From: a virus
Reading direction: 5' to 3' (one strand)
IMG/VR virus record: IMGVR_UViG_3300033145_000529
Coordinates: 32,001 to 96,000 of that record
DNA length: 64,000 bases
Shown: one piece after another, positions 28,846-38,300 of the stretch
Position numbering within the stretch: the stretch's first letter is position 1
How the letters are laid out: each line of letters starts with the position of its first letter
The notes under the pieces: generated by a model
What the model saw: only the letters and a program-made list of their open reading frames with translations
What the model was told of the DNA's origin: nothing
Databases searched by the model: none
Translations under genes and position numbers: made by a program

Positions 28846-29015
28846 ATGGGTAAAGTAACACTTATTTGTCAATATTGTGGTAAGAAAAAGACTCTTTATG
28901 ATACTCCAAATATAAAACTAAAGAATTTATGACGAACCACAGCTTAGAATTACTGTTTAGAAAAGATTTGAATAAAATAAGGAGAGGGTTGGATTATGAA
29001 TGGAAACAAGATTAA
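28846..29015 (+). pseudogene. collapsed Zn-finger/endonuclease remnant
   Basis: MGKVTLICQYCGK start; frameshifted C-terminus KTKEF..LELLFRKDL. Confidence 0.4.
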
Positions 29016-30306
29016 GTTGCTTTGGATTGGTGATAGCCCTGCTGTATCAACTGGATTCGGTCGTGTGTCGCAGGGAGTTTTAGAGGGATTATTTCAAAGT
29101 GGAAGATATGATATATCGGTTCTTGGTATTAACCATCCGATTGGTGACCCCCACCGTTATGAAGGTATATTTAGAGTTTACCCCGCCAGAGCGAGGGGGA
29201 ACATTTATGGGTTTAACAGAGTTAAAGAGATTATCACAAAAGAGAAACCTGACCTAATCATAATTAATAATGATTTATGGATAGTGTCGGAGTACGCTAA
29301 GGAAGTTCCTGAAAATAATAGGATTATTACTTATTCACCAGTGGATGCCTTACCTGTTCAGAAAGAGTGGATAGAAGTTCTGGAGAGGGTGAACGCTAGA
29401 GTTGCAACTTATACGGAGTTTGCTAAAGATGGTATACAAGTTGTAAGAGATATTCCTGTAGATGTTATTGGTCATGCTGTAGATACTGATGAATTCTATC
29501 CAATAGAGGATGCTAGAAAGTTTATGGCAAGCATGCCACCAGATGCTTTTATTGTACAGAACATAAATCGAAATCAACCAAGGAAGAGATTAGATTTGTT
29601 CTTGAAGTCAATGCAGGTGTGGTTAGGTCGTTTACCGAAGAGTGATAGAGAAAATATTAGTTTTTATTATCACGGTACTTTAAGAGATGTCGGTTGGAAC
29701 TTGGTTCAACTAGCTCAGAGATGGGGAGTTGATGATAGGTTTTTAATAACTGACCAGACGCACATTAGTCCAGCACAAGGTGTTTCTCTCTCAATGTTAT
29801 GTAAGATATATAATTGTGCTGATGTTCATGTTATGACCTCAATGGGAGAAGGCTTTGGATTGAGCCCATTTGAGAGTGCGGCTTGTGGAGTTGCTCAAGT
29901 TGTTCCGTCCCATTCAGCTTGTAAGGAGTTATGGGAAGGCAGGACACCATTAATTAACATTGACCGTTGGGAAGTCCTTACTGGTGGTGTTAATACCGAA
30001 GGCGGAGTGATTGATGTTGAACATTTAGTGAGTATCTTAGATGACTTGTATCATAATAGAGAGAAAACTAAGGAGTATGGAAGGGCAGCCTACAATTACG
30101 TTCAATGTGAGAAGTTCACTTGGGAGTATATCGCTAGGCAATTTGATGGAATGATTCAGGAAATTATGAAAGCTGGTGACTTGTCATTGTCTAAAAAGTT
30201 TTCTACAGAAGAGCAAAAGCTCATTGAAACCCCCGCATTAGAAGGCAAGGAAGCCACTGTAGCGGGAGAAAAAGAGAAAAAAGATGGTGACGTTTCCAGT
30301 AACTAA
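28996..30306 (+). CDS. glycosyltransferase family 4 (GT-B), paralog of 22396
   Basis: LWIGDS..TGFG, NRNQPRKRLDL, GEGFGLSPFESAACGV. Confidence 0.92.
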   Translation: MNGNKIKLLWIGDSPAVSTGFGRVSQGVLEGLFQSGRYDISVLGINHPIGDPHRYEGIFRVYPARARGNIYGFNRVKEIITKEKPDLIIINNDLWIVSEYAKEVPENNRIITYSPVDALPVQKEWIEVLERVNARVATYTEFAKDGIQVVRDIPVDVIGHAVDTDEFYPIEDARKFMASMPPDAFIVQNINRNQPRKRLDLFLKSMQVWLGRLPKSDRENISFYYHGTLRDVGWNLVQLAQRWGVDDRFLITDQTHISPAQGVSLSMLCKIYNCADVHVMTSMGEGFGLSPFESAACGVAQVVPSHSACKELWEGRTPLINIDRWEVLTGGVNTEGGVIDVEHLVSILDDLYHNREKTKEYGRAAYNYVQCEKFTWEYIARQFDGMIQEIMKAGDLSLSKKFSTEEQKLIETPALEGKEATVAGEKEKKDGDVSSN

Positions 30307-30733
30307 ATCAACCAAAGATGCGATTAGGCAAGCAATCGGTCAAACGGTTATATTTGTGATTCGTGGTGACCCCACACCCTGTCTCGTATGTAGTGGGTTA
30401 AACCATTATGACGAGGTAAATGAGGTTAGTCTTAACCCGTACTGTACAACTTGTTCTGGTCAATATTGGTTGACTGTTGATACTCTTTCTGGTATTATCT
30501 CCCATGTCAGGTGGAGAACTCAAGACCAACCCGATATGGGGGTAGGTGGGAAAACTTTTGAAGGTGATTGTTTTGTCACCATTGATATAAATGCTATCTC
30601 AGCTTCTAATATTGTCAAAATAAAAGAAGTAAGAGTGGACTCAAGGAAACTACAAGTATATAGGGTTATACAAAGAGGTGTTCCTATAAGAGATAGGGTA
30701 CGCTTTGTGTGTAGAGAATTTGGTAAGGAATAG
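30284..30733 (+). CDS. head closure/stopper protein with Zn ribbon
   Basis: CLVC..CTTC; position in neck module. Confidence 0.6.
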   Translation: MVTFPVTKSTKDAIRQAIGQTVIFVIRGDPTPCLVCSGLNHYDEVNEVSLNPYCTTCSGQYWLTVDTLSGIISHVRWRTQDQPDMGVGGKTFEGDCFVTIDINAISASNIVKIKEVRVDSRKLQVYRVIQRGVPIRDRVRFVCREFGKE

Positions 30734-30744
30734 AAGGGGAGGTA

Positions 30745-30969
30745 ATGATGGACAAATTTGAAGGGTTGACAGAACTGGAAATCGTAAAGCTTATTAATAA
30801 ACGTAAGAAAAGATATTGTGCAATAGCATTAAATGACCTTGAAGAAGAAATACAGGAAGAGGAGTTATTTAAGAAAGTAAGGAAAATTCTTCTCGATAAT
30901 ATGAATAGCTTTACGAGGAGCATTTTTACGGTGGTTGGAGTTAATGTAGAAGGGATTGAGGATGATTAG
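30745..30969 (+). CDS. hypothetical protein
   Basis: GGAGG RBS; ORF track. Confidence 0.75.
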   Translation: MMDKFEGLTELEIVKLINKRKKRYCAIALNDLEEEIQEEELFKKVRKILLDNMNSFTRSIFTVVGVNVEGIEDD

Positions 30970-30972
30970 TAA

Positions 30973-31845
30973 ATGGAATATCGCTTTACACATAGGATAT
31001 TCAACTTTAACCCTGTGGGGGTTCTGACAATATTAGGAATTACCCCCAAAGCATATCCACTTCGATATTATTCTCTTGTAAGTGAGGTTTATTACACAAT
31101 AGAGACTCAAGTAAGGGTTGCAGCACAGAAGCTAAATTTCTTGATAAGGGGAGAGTATAGGAAAGATATGCAGGACATTGAAGAGTATAGTAGGTTTCCT
31201 GGGTATCTCTCAGTAATGGAGCAAGCATTAAGCGACCCCGCTCACATAGGTACTTATTGGGATAAAAAGAATGTAATTCAAGCGAGATTTATTAATACTG
31301 AGAAATTAGGTGATGTTGGTGACCTTCAAGCAATACAACAACTTGCGTACCCAACAAGAGGTAGTTTGGACAGGTGGCGGGGTTTGTACATTGCTTGGGT
31401 ACAGGGAAGGAGTAACAAATATGCTGAGACAGTTGGGCAGAGATTGGACCTGATGAGGTCTTTTGGTCTAGCCCCATTTTGGGAATTAATTGAATTCGGA
31501 AATCAACAATACTCCGCATACCCTACCAATGGTCCAAAGAGAACTCTCTCTAACTTTAGAGGCGTATATAATCGAGAAATGCTTGTTGCTTATAACAAGG
31601 TGTTGGGGATTGTGCGACAGTTGAGAGGAGTACCTGACATTGCTCTTAGGGAATTTGACACTGTTACGGTTACGTACTTAAATCAACCCCAACTTGGATA
31701 TGCATGGAAATCAAGGATGGGTAATAATATATTTGTATTAGCAGGAACAGAAAGGGTTGTAAGTAATCGTCTTGTGGCTAAGGGGTTTATATTAAGCCCA
31801 CAAGGTGTAGTATTGAGAAAATGGAGTGGATGGTTGCCGAGGTAA
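30973..31845 (+). CDS. neck/tail-completion-like protein
   Basis: APFWELIEFG motif; position before tail terminator. Confidence 0.55.
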   Translation: MEYRFTHRIFNFNPVGVLTILGITPKAYPLRYYSLVSEVYYTIETQVRVAAQKLNFLIRGEYRKDMQDIEEYSRFPGYLSVMEQALSDPAHIGTYWDKKNVIQARFINTEKLGDVGDLQAIQQLAYPTRGSLDRWRGLYIAWVQGRSNKYAETVGQRLDLMRSFGLAPFWELIEFGNQQYSAYPTNGPKRTLSNFRGVYNREMLVAYNKVLGIVRQLRGVPDIALREFDTVTVTYLNQPQLGYAWKSRMGNNIFVLAGTERVVSNRLVAKGFILSPQGVVLRKWSGWLPR

Positions 31846-31853
31846 AGGAGTTT

Positions 31854-32120
31854 ATGATGGAAGATACAAAAAGAAATGGGCTATTGGAGGCTGCGATAAG
31901 GCAAGCTACTGAGAAGTTAGTAGAGAAAGGAGTTGAGGGTTGTACAACTAAAGATGTAATCTTAGCTTCCTTTGCTTCGTTGTATATAAATGATGGTGGT
32001 GTAGCCACATCAGCAGAAGTACGTTCTGTTGCAACTGAGATTAAGAGGTTTGGGTGGAGAGTTGTTAGTGCTTGTCTTAGTACTCTTTTAGCGATCGTAA
32101 TGGTGTTAATTTTTCTATAA
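31854..32120 (+). CDS. small membrane protein (holin-like)
   Basis: Single C-terminal hydrophobic helix; AAGGAG RBS. Confidence 0.45.
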   Translation: MMEDTKRNGLLEAAIRQATEKLVEKGVEGCTTKDVILASFASLYINDGGVATSAEVRSVATEIKRFGWRVVSACLSTLLAIVMVLIFL

Positions 32121-32132
32121 GGGTGAGGTTCA

Positions 32133-32636
32133 ATGGGAGCAGGAAAATTTCGTAATGAGGATTTTAGTGTTTATTTTTTCCTTAAATTCCTTGATATTGA
32201 GGGAACTCCACTAGGTAATATTGCTAAAATTGTAGATGGTTACCCTTATAATGAGATAGAAGAAGGTACACTAATTTTACCGACAGTATCTATTGAGGCT
32301 AGTATGACATCTGAGGAGGGTGTTGGTGAGATGGGTGCTAGTTGGTTCAGACGTACTTGGGCTATAGACATCTTTGCACAAACTGATGTTCAGAGAGATG
32401 ACTTGGCAGATAGAATCTTCCAAGCATTGGATGTAGCTATTCCTATAAAGGACTATTCTGATGGTTACCGAAAGGATACGGGGAAGTCACCAGCAGGTGT
32501 GGATTTGAGGATAATTGAATATATGAATCCAAATGATCGGACAATACGACCTACCTATGCGTTTAATTTATACGCTAAGATTAAGTATTGGAGAGCTGCC
32601 GTAACCTTTGAAACTGTATCAACACAGGCAAGTTAA
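32133..32636 (+). CDS. tail terminator protein
   Basis: LPTVSIE, IDIFAQTDVQRDDL; precedes tail tube gene. Confidence 0.7.
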   Translation: MGAGKFRNEDFSVYFFLKFLDIEGTPLGNIAKIVDGYPYNEIEEGTLILPTVSIEASMTSEEGVGEMGASWFRRTWAIDIFAQTDVQRDDLADRIFQALDVAIPIKDYSDGYRKDTGKSPAGVDLRIIEYMNPNDRTIRPTYAFNLYAKIKYWRAAVTFETVSTQAS

Positions 32637-32972
32637 TGATTGCCGAAGAAACTATAAAGGACTATCTACCAAGTAAAACAGAACAAGCAAATTGACTTGA
32701 GGTTAAATGTTGAGACTGTGTGGCATAGTTGTGGTTCTTCTTGTTCTAATAGAGAACAGGAGATTCACAATCGGATTAAAGAATTAAATAGACACGGGAA
32801 GGTAGGAAACTACTCCTCAATCGAGTTAGGTGTGATAAGGAAAAAGGTGGGTGAGGAGTACAAAGGGACGGATTGGATTAACAAAAATGGAATATCTCTC
32901 TCAGGTTTGGGGAGTGAATAATATATGATGGTCAATTGGTAGAAAGGTTGTTTGAGGGAGAAGGGGTAAAAT

Positions 32973-34169
32973 ATGACAAAAAGAATAGCGGTCCCATATA
33001 AAGATGTAATGCTTAGAATAGTAGGACCTAAAGCTGATTTCTATGCCCACCGTGTTCAGCGATTAGATTTTCCTACAACATTACCTAATACTACAATTAA
33101 TGAGTTGGGCAATGACCAGCATGCAGGGATTATAACAGATATTCCAGAAGTTACTGCTACTTTCCAAGCATTTGATGTTTCACATAAGATTTATTCTATT
33201 TTATGTGGTGTAGACCCCGATGCTTTTGGAGATGCGGGGAAAGATGTTAGTAACCTTGGTTACATTGATTTGATTGGTTATGTTAGACAAGCTGATGTTG
33301 CTGAGATGCTAAAATGTATTCACGTAAAATATATGAGAATTACTGACTTTACCTTTACTTACACAGTTGATGGTGAGAGTACGGAGGAGTACAGTTGTGC
33401 TGGTAGTGAAAAGAGATATTTTGCTAATGATGTTGTAGTAGAATCTGGTAGTTTAGTTGGTGGAGTAGCAACTCTTACTCTTACACCAAGGCAACTAAAA
33501 AATAGTGATTATTTGTTAAGTTTCATTGTGGATGGTGATTGGAAGAATGAAGCGGCATCTGTTGGTGTTCAGTTAGATGATGAATACATTGTAGATGGTT
33601 TAAGCGTGACACTTAGCGGTGGAGCGACTGAGGATTGGTTAGCTGTTTTTCATACATTAAGTGGAACTTTAGCTTTTAATAGAATCTCTGATGCCACTGT
33701 TCCTGCGGCTATACGTGGTAAGAATATTCCTGTTGTAATTGCTGCTGAGAATATGCATAGAGTACAGAGTGTGACAATTAGGGGTACGTTCCCCAACACT
33801 AAAGTTGTGGAAATGGGCAATACTTCAGTTGTTGGTTACATTGTAGACCCACCTGACATTAGTGGAGATATTACGGTTCTTGACACAGATAGTGAAATTG
33901 TTGCTCTATTGACAACTGGTACAATAACTGATGCTGATGGTTATGGGGAATATGGCGTAGACGAGTATGAAGAGAGAACACTGGCGTTGACAGTTCAGTT
34001 GAAAGACCCTTCTGATAATACTACAATCCAGAAGACAGTGAAGATTCCTTATATGAGAATCACTTCAGATGGAACAGCCTCAAATGTGGGTGGTCAGTTG
34101 ACGCAGACATTCGCATTCATGTCTAACGATGCACAATGTATTGTATATTCTGGTGCAGTTCCAGCATAA
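32973..34169 (+). CDS. major tail tube protein
   Basis: RVQ..NELGN and RVQ..EMGN duplicated tube-like domains; followed by chaperones and TMP. Confidence 0.75.
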   Translation: MTKRIAVPYKDVMLRIVGPKADFYAHRVQRLDFPTTLPNTTINELGNDQHAGIITDIPEVTATFQAFDVSHKIYSILCGVDPDAFGDAGKDVSNLGYIDLIGYVRQADVAEMLKCIHVKYMRITDFTFTYTVDGESTEEYSCAGSEKRYFANDVVVESGSLVGGVATLTLTPRQLKNSDYLLSFIVDGDWKNEAASVGVQLDDEYIVDGLSVTLSGGATEDWLAVFHTLSGTLAFNRISDATVPAAIRGKNIPVVIAAENMHRVQSVTIRGTFPNTKVVEMGNTSVVGYIVDPPDISGDITVLDTDSEIVALLTTGTITDADGYGEYGVDEYEERTLALTVQLKDPSDNTTIQKTVKIPYMRITSDGTASNVGGQLTQTFAFMSNDAQCIVYSGAVPA

Positions 34170-34243
34170 ACAATAGAATAGGAAGATATAGGTCATTCTA
34201 TCAAAAAGATACAAAGGGAATTTGGTATGCGTACCAAAGATAT

Positions 34244-34300
34244 TAAGGGAGTCTTTGATGACGATTATTCAAAATCGTGGTTATGGACTCCCTTATTTGT
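34244..34300 (+). terminator. long stem-loop/terminator after tail tube gene
   Basis: TAAGGGAGTC...GACTCCCTTA followed by TTTGTT. Confidence 0.6.
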
Positions 34301-34323
34301 TATAAAATAAGAGAGGAAAGGAA

Positions 34324-35037
34324 ATGAGTAAAGAAGCTATGAAAAATTTATCTAAATTATTAAAATGGAGTAAAGAAGTAGAACTGAAAGGACCAGATGG
34401 TACAACGATTGGTAAAGTTTGGATTAGACTAGTTGGTGATTTAACCTATCAGACTGCACAACAATATGCTCTTGTAGCAAGTAGAAATATGCGTAAGAAA
34501 CTTCACGATAAGACTAGTTTAGAGTATCAAGCAATGTTTCTTGATATTAATGATAGGTCAGATAGTGACCTTGTTATGGGTATTGTTTTAGCAGAGATGG
34601 CTAATTATAGAGATTGGGCTATTGAGGAAGTTGATAAGGATATTAAAACAATACCAGAGTTAAATCACAATGCAAAATTAGAAGAACAGGAAGAGCATCA
34701 GAAAGCCGAAGAAGATTATTTAAAGAATAGAATTGAATCAGTTCGAAAAAAGATGGATGAAAAAGCAGAGAACAGAAATGAGGAATTAAAAGATAAGTCT
34801 AAAGAAGAACTTATTACTCTTTTTATGCGTGCGGCAATAGACCAAAGATGTCTTGAGATTTTTACGCAAATTTTTAGAGATTATTGTGTTTTTTGCGGAA
34901 CTTATTTGGATTCTAGATTTGTTGATGGAGCTTATAAATCATTTGATGAGTTTCAGGACATTGCAACACCAATTAAAAGACAACTTCTTGATACTTATGT
35001 TAAACTAGAGCTTACTGGTGAACAATTAAAAAACTAA
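34324..35037 (+). CDS. tail assembly chaperone (short form)
   Basis: Between tube and TMP; ends at slippery A AAA AAC TAA. Confidence 0.8.
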   Translation: MSKEAMKNLSKLLKWSKEVELKGPDGTTIGKVWIRLVGDLTYQTAQQYALVASRNMRKKLHDKTSLEYQAMFLDINDRSDSDLVMGIVLAEMANYRDWAIEEVDKDIKTIPELNHNAKLEEQEEHQKAEEDYLKNRIESVRKKMDEKAENRNEELKDKSKEELITLFMRAAIDQRCLEIFTQIFRDYCVFCGTYLDSRFVDGAYKSFDEFQDIATPIKRQLLDTYVKLELTGEQLKN

Positions 35038-35321
35038 GCAGGGACAATGTGTTTGCTAGTTGGTGGCATATTGTCCAAAAATCAGGGATACCTTTATCTG
35101 ATGAGTTTAAATCTATTATAGATGTACCATATACCTTTACACATCTAATAAGGAAGAGAATGCAGATAGATAGTTGGATGGAGTTACCAAAAGATAAACG
35201 ACCACCAAAAGAAATTTGGGATAAACCTAATGAACTTGAAGAGTGGTTTAATAGGGTTTTTGACAGTGAAAAACAAACAGAATTTAATGTTCCAATTGAT
35301 GAGAATGAGGTAGAAAGATAG
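35028..35321 (+). CDS. tail assembly chaperone C-terminal extension via -1 ribosomal frameshift
   Basis: Heptamer AAAAAAC at 35028-35034; -1 frame reads LSRDNVFASWW.. directly into ORF 35049..35321. Confidence 0.8.
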   Translation, partial: KKLSRDNVFASWWHIVQKSGIPLSDEFKSIIDVPYTFTHLIRKRMQIDSWMELPKDKRPPKEIWDKPNELEEWFNRVFDSEKQTEFNVPIDENEVER

Positions 35322-38300
35322 TGGTAGAATCACAATTTATACCAGGGCAACAAGGTGGAAGTCCTATGAGTCATACGTTGTTTATGAAACAGTATGAAGA
35401 ACAAAAGAGAAAACTAATTGAAAATACTGCGTTGTTTCAAAAATATGGCTATTCTCAAGCAGAGTCAGCTAAAATGTCTCATCAGATGGTTGATGCCAAC
35501 AAAAGAAACATTGCTAGTTTTAATGGGATGACAGAAAGCATGGGTAAGGCTGTTCTAAAAGTTACTTTGTGGATGGCAGCTATTAGTGTAGTTCTTGGTG
35601 CGATGAAAAAGGTGGGGGAGGTTATAGAACTGTGGAAAGATTTAGAGGTAACTTTAGAAAGGATTGGTATTACAACTGGTGAAATTGGTCTTGGTCTTTA
35701 CCAATACTTTGAGAAGACTGCTGATGTTGCCATTGCTATGGGTATGCCTATCCAAAATACTCTTAGGGGTATGGATTTGGCACTTAGAGCAACAGCTTCA
35801 TTAGAAAACCAAGTGGTGCGAACAGCTACAGCTACGATGATGTTGAGAGATGCATCTATTCTTGGTAATGTTGCTGGTATGAATTTTGACCAAGCAATTG
35901 ATATTTTAGTAGGTTCTTTGCGTCAGACTGGTATGGAGCTTGACCAAGGAATTATTCTTTTAGATAAGTGGGTAGCGGTAGCTAGAAATGCGGCTGTATC
36001 AGTTAATGATTTATCACAAGGTTTTGCTATTATGTCTAGTGCTGCTGCTTCTGCTGGTGTAAATATTGACCAAGTTAATGGTATTATTGCGGCATTGAGT
36101 GAGTCTGTAACATTAGGACCTATTGAGGTTGGTAATGCTATTAGAGCGTTAATGGCAACTATTTATAATCCAGGGTCAATTAAAATTATGTCACGGTATG
36201 GTGTTGCTGTTAAAGATGCTACAGGGGAATTGAGGTCATTTTGGGACATTATGACTCAGTTATCATCAATGGTAGTAACGGGTGCTTTGGATGAAAGTCA
36301 AATAATGGAAATTGCTAAAGCTGCTGGTGCTGGTCAGAGACGTTATGCTCAATTTATTGCTCTTTTACAGAACTGGACAAATGCGATGAGGGCTGCTGAT
36401 ATTTCTGCAAACGCACAGAATGAGGCTTTAAAGGCTAATCAAAGAATCGTTGATACTCTTACTAATGCTTATGACCAATTTACGGCGGCACAAAATAAGT
36501 TCTGGTATGCTTTTGGTGAAAAGAGTGGGATTATAGGTGATATGACACAAGCGTTTCAAGGATTTGCCAGTCTTTTTAACAATATTTCTGGTTGGAATGA
36601 AGGTCTATTTAAGACTTTGAAAATTTTGATGGAAATTGCTGCTGCTCTAGCTATTATTAAAGTTTCCATGATCGGTTGGGCTAAGCTTCAGGGTATGGGT
36701 ATTGGTGCAGGAATGGGTGGATTTTTTGGAATGGGTAAATATCCAATGGCTGCTGGTGCTGGAGCACCAGGGTACTATGACACTACTCAAGGTGCTAGAG
36801 GGGCACCTCTGTATGTGAGGGGAACTCCCCCATCGGGAGGGCAGGCTTTTGGTAGGCGTATGATTACACCTAGTCGTGGTGTAGCGGGAATTGCAGGTGC
36901 GGGTATGGTAGGTGGTCTTATTGCTGGTGAGATAACACAATCTACTTTAGGTGCGTGGGGAGGAGGTATAGGAGCTGGTATTGGTATGGCTTTAGGTGGT
37001 CCTGTAGGTGCTGCTGCGGGGGGAGCGATTGGTGCTGTTATTGGTAAAGCTATTGAGGATTCAGCAAGGACTGTTGAAGACATATTAAAAGGAGCTATGG
37101 AAGATTTTCTTGAGTCAATGCCTGCCGAGCTTAGAAGTGCTCTTACTCCAGGTATTCGTGATATATCACTTGCTGGTTTTGCGGCTGAACCTATATCAGA
37201 AGAAGAATTACCATATGCAGAGGCGTTAGAGAAGGCTAGAGAAACGATAGAACTTCAAGAAAGAGCTATTAAAACAGGTGGTACGGCTTGGGAAAAGTTT
37301 TCAGTAAATTTTACTGCTATTAGAGCGGCTATGGAAGCTTTAAGTAGTGAAGGATTTGCTGCTTCTTGGGAAATAATGCAGAAAGAGACTGGAACGTGGG
37401 TACGTGACGAAGCGGGAGAGTGGATTACGTTAACTGAACTTCATACAAGACAGTTAGATGCTCTACTACCAAAGGAACAGCAGATTAAGGATATACGGGA
37501 CGCTCTACTCAATAGTGATAAAGAAGCATTAAGTTTAGAGGATGAATTAGCAGTAAGGGCTAAGGATATTAGAGTTGAAGAAAACACTCAGTTAGTGGTT
37601 AACCGTGAGATTAACAAGTTAAAGGAAAAATCGTTAGATATAGGTACTAAGGAATTTTTACTTCAAAGGAGTCAAATTGAGTCTTCTCAAATAGCTTATT
37701 CAAATCTTCAAGCACAAATTGAAAGGTTTGCCCCCCAAGAGTTGCCTAGATTTAGACAATTAGTTCCAGATTTTGGGGCATTTATGCAATTTGAACCTGG
37801 TGCATACCAACCGTTACAGGAAGTATTAGCTACTCAAATTAGTATAACTAAGCAACAAGAAGAGGGAGTGCTTGCTATGAAGCAATTAGAGAGATATTGG
37901 GTAGCTCTTCCTGGTTTTAGTGCTACTTATACTACCAATCTTGAGGATATTTTAGCTCAAGAAAATTATTGGTCTGCTTTGTCAAAAGGCTTATTGGCAG
38001 ATGACATAGAAGCTATTGGACACTTGGGTAGAATTAATGAGTTTCTCCAGGAAAAGGGGGTACTCACTAAAGACTTAACTGCGGATGAGATGACCAGCAT
38101 ATCATTATTAGTAGCAGAGGGTGTGGAACACGCTAAAATTGTAGATCTATTGCAAAGAGAATATGACATAAATAACGATATGCTAAAAGATACTATGGAG
38201 TATATGCCACGTTATAAAACACCAGGACAGTTTGCGTTCTTACAAGGAATAGATGCGGGAAAGATTCAATCACTACTAGATAAATATAACACAATGTTTA

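Noticed and set aside
10341-30306. DNA base glycosylation (hypermodification) system
   Set aside because: No hydroxymethylase, TET/JBP or modified-base kinase in the window; ThyX and dUTPase imply normal dTTP; genes are in the late structural operon. Needs DNA LC-MS to exclude.
32637-32760. IS605/TnpB fragment
   Set aside because: Only vague N-terminal resemblance; no RuvC/Zn motifs or IS ends
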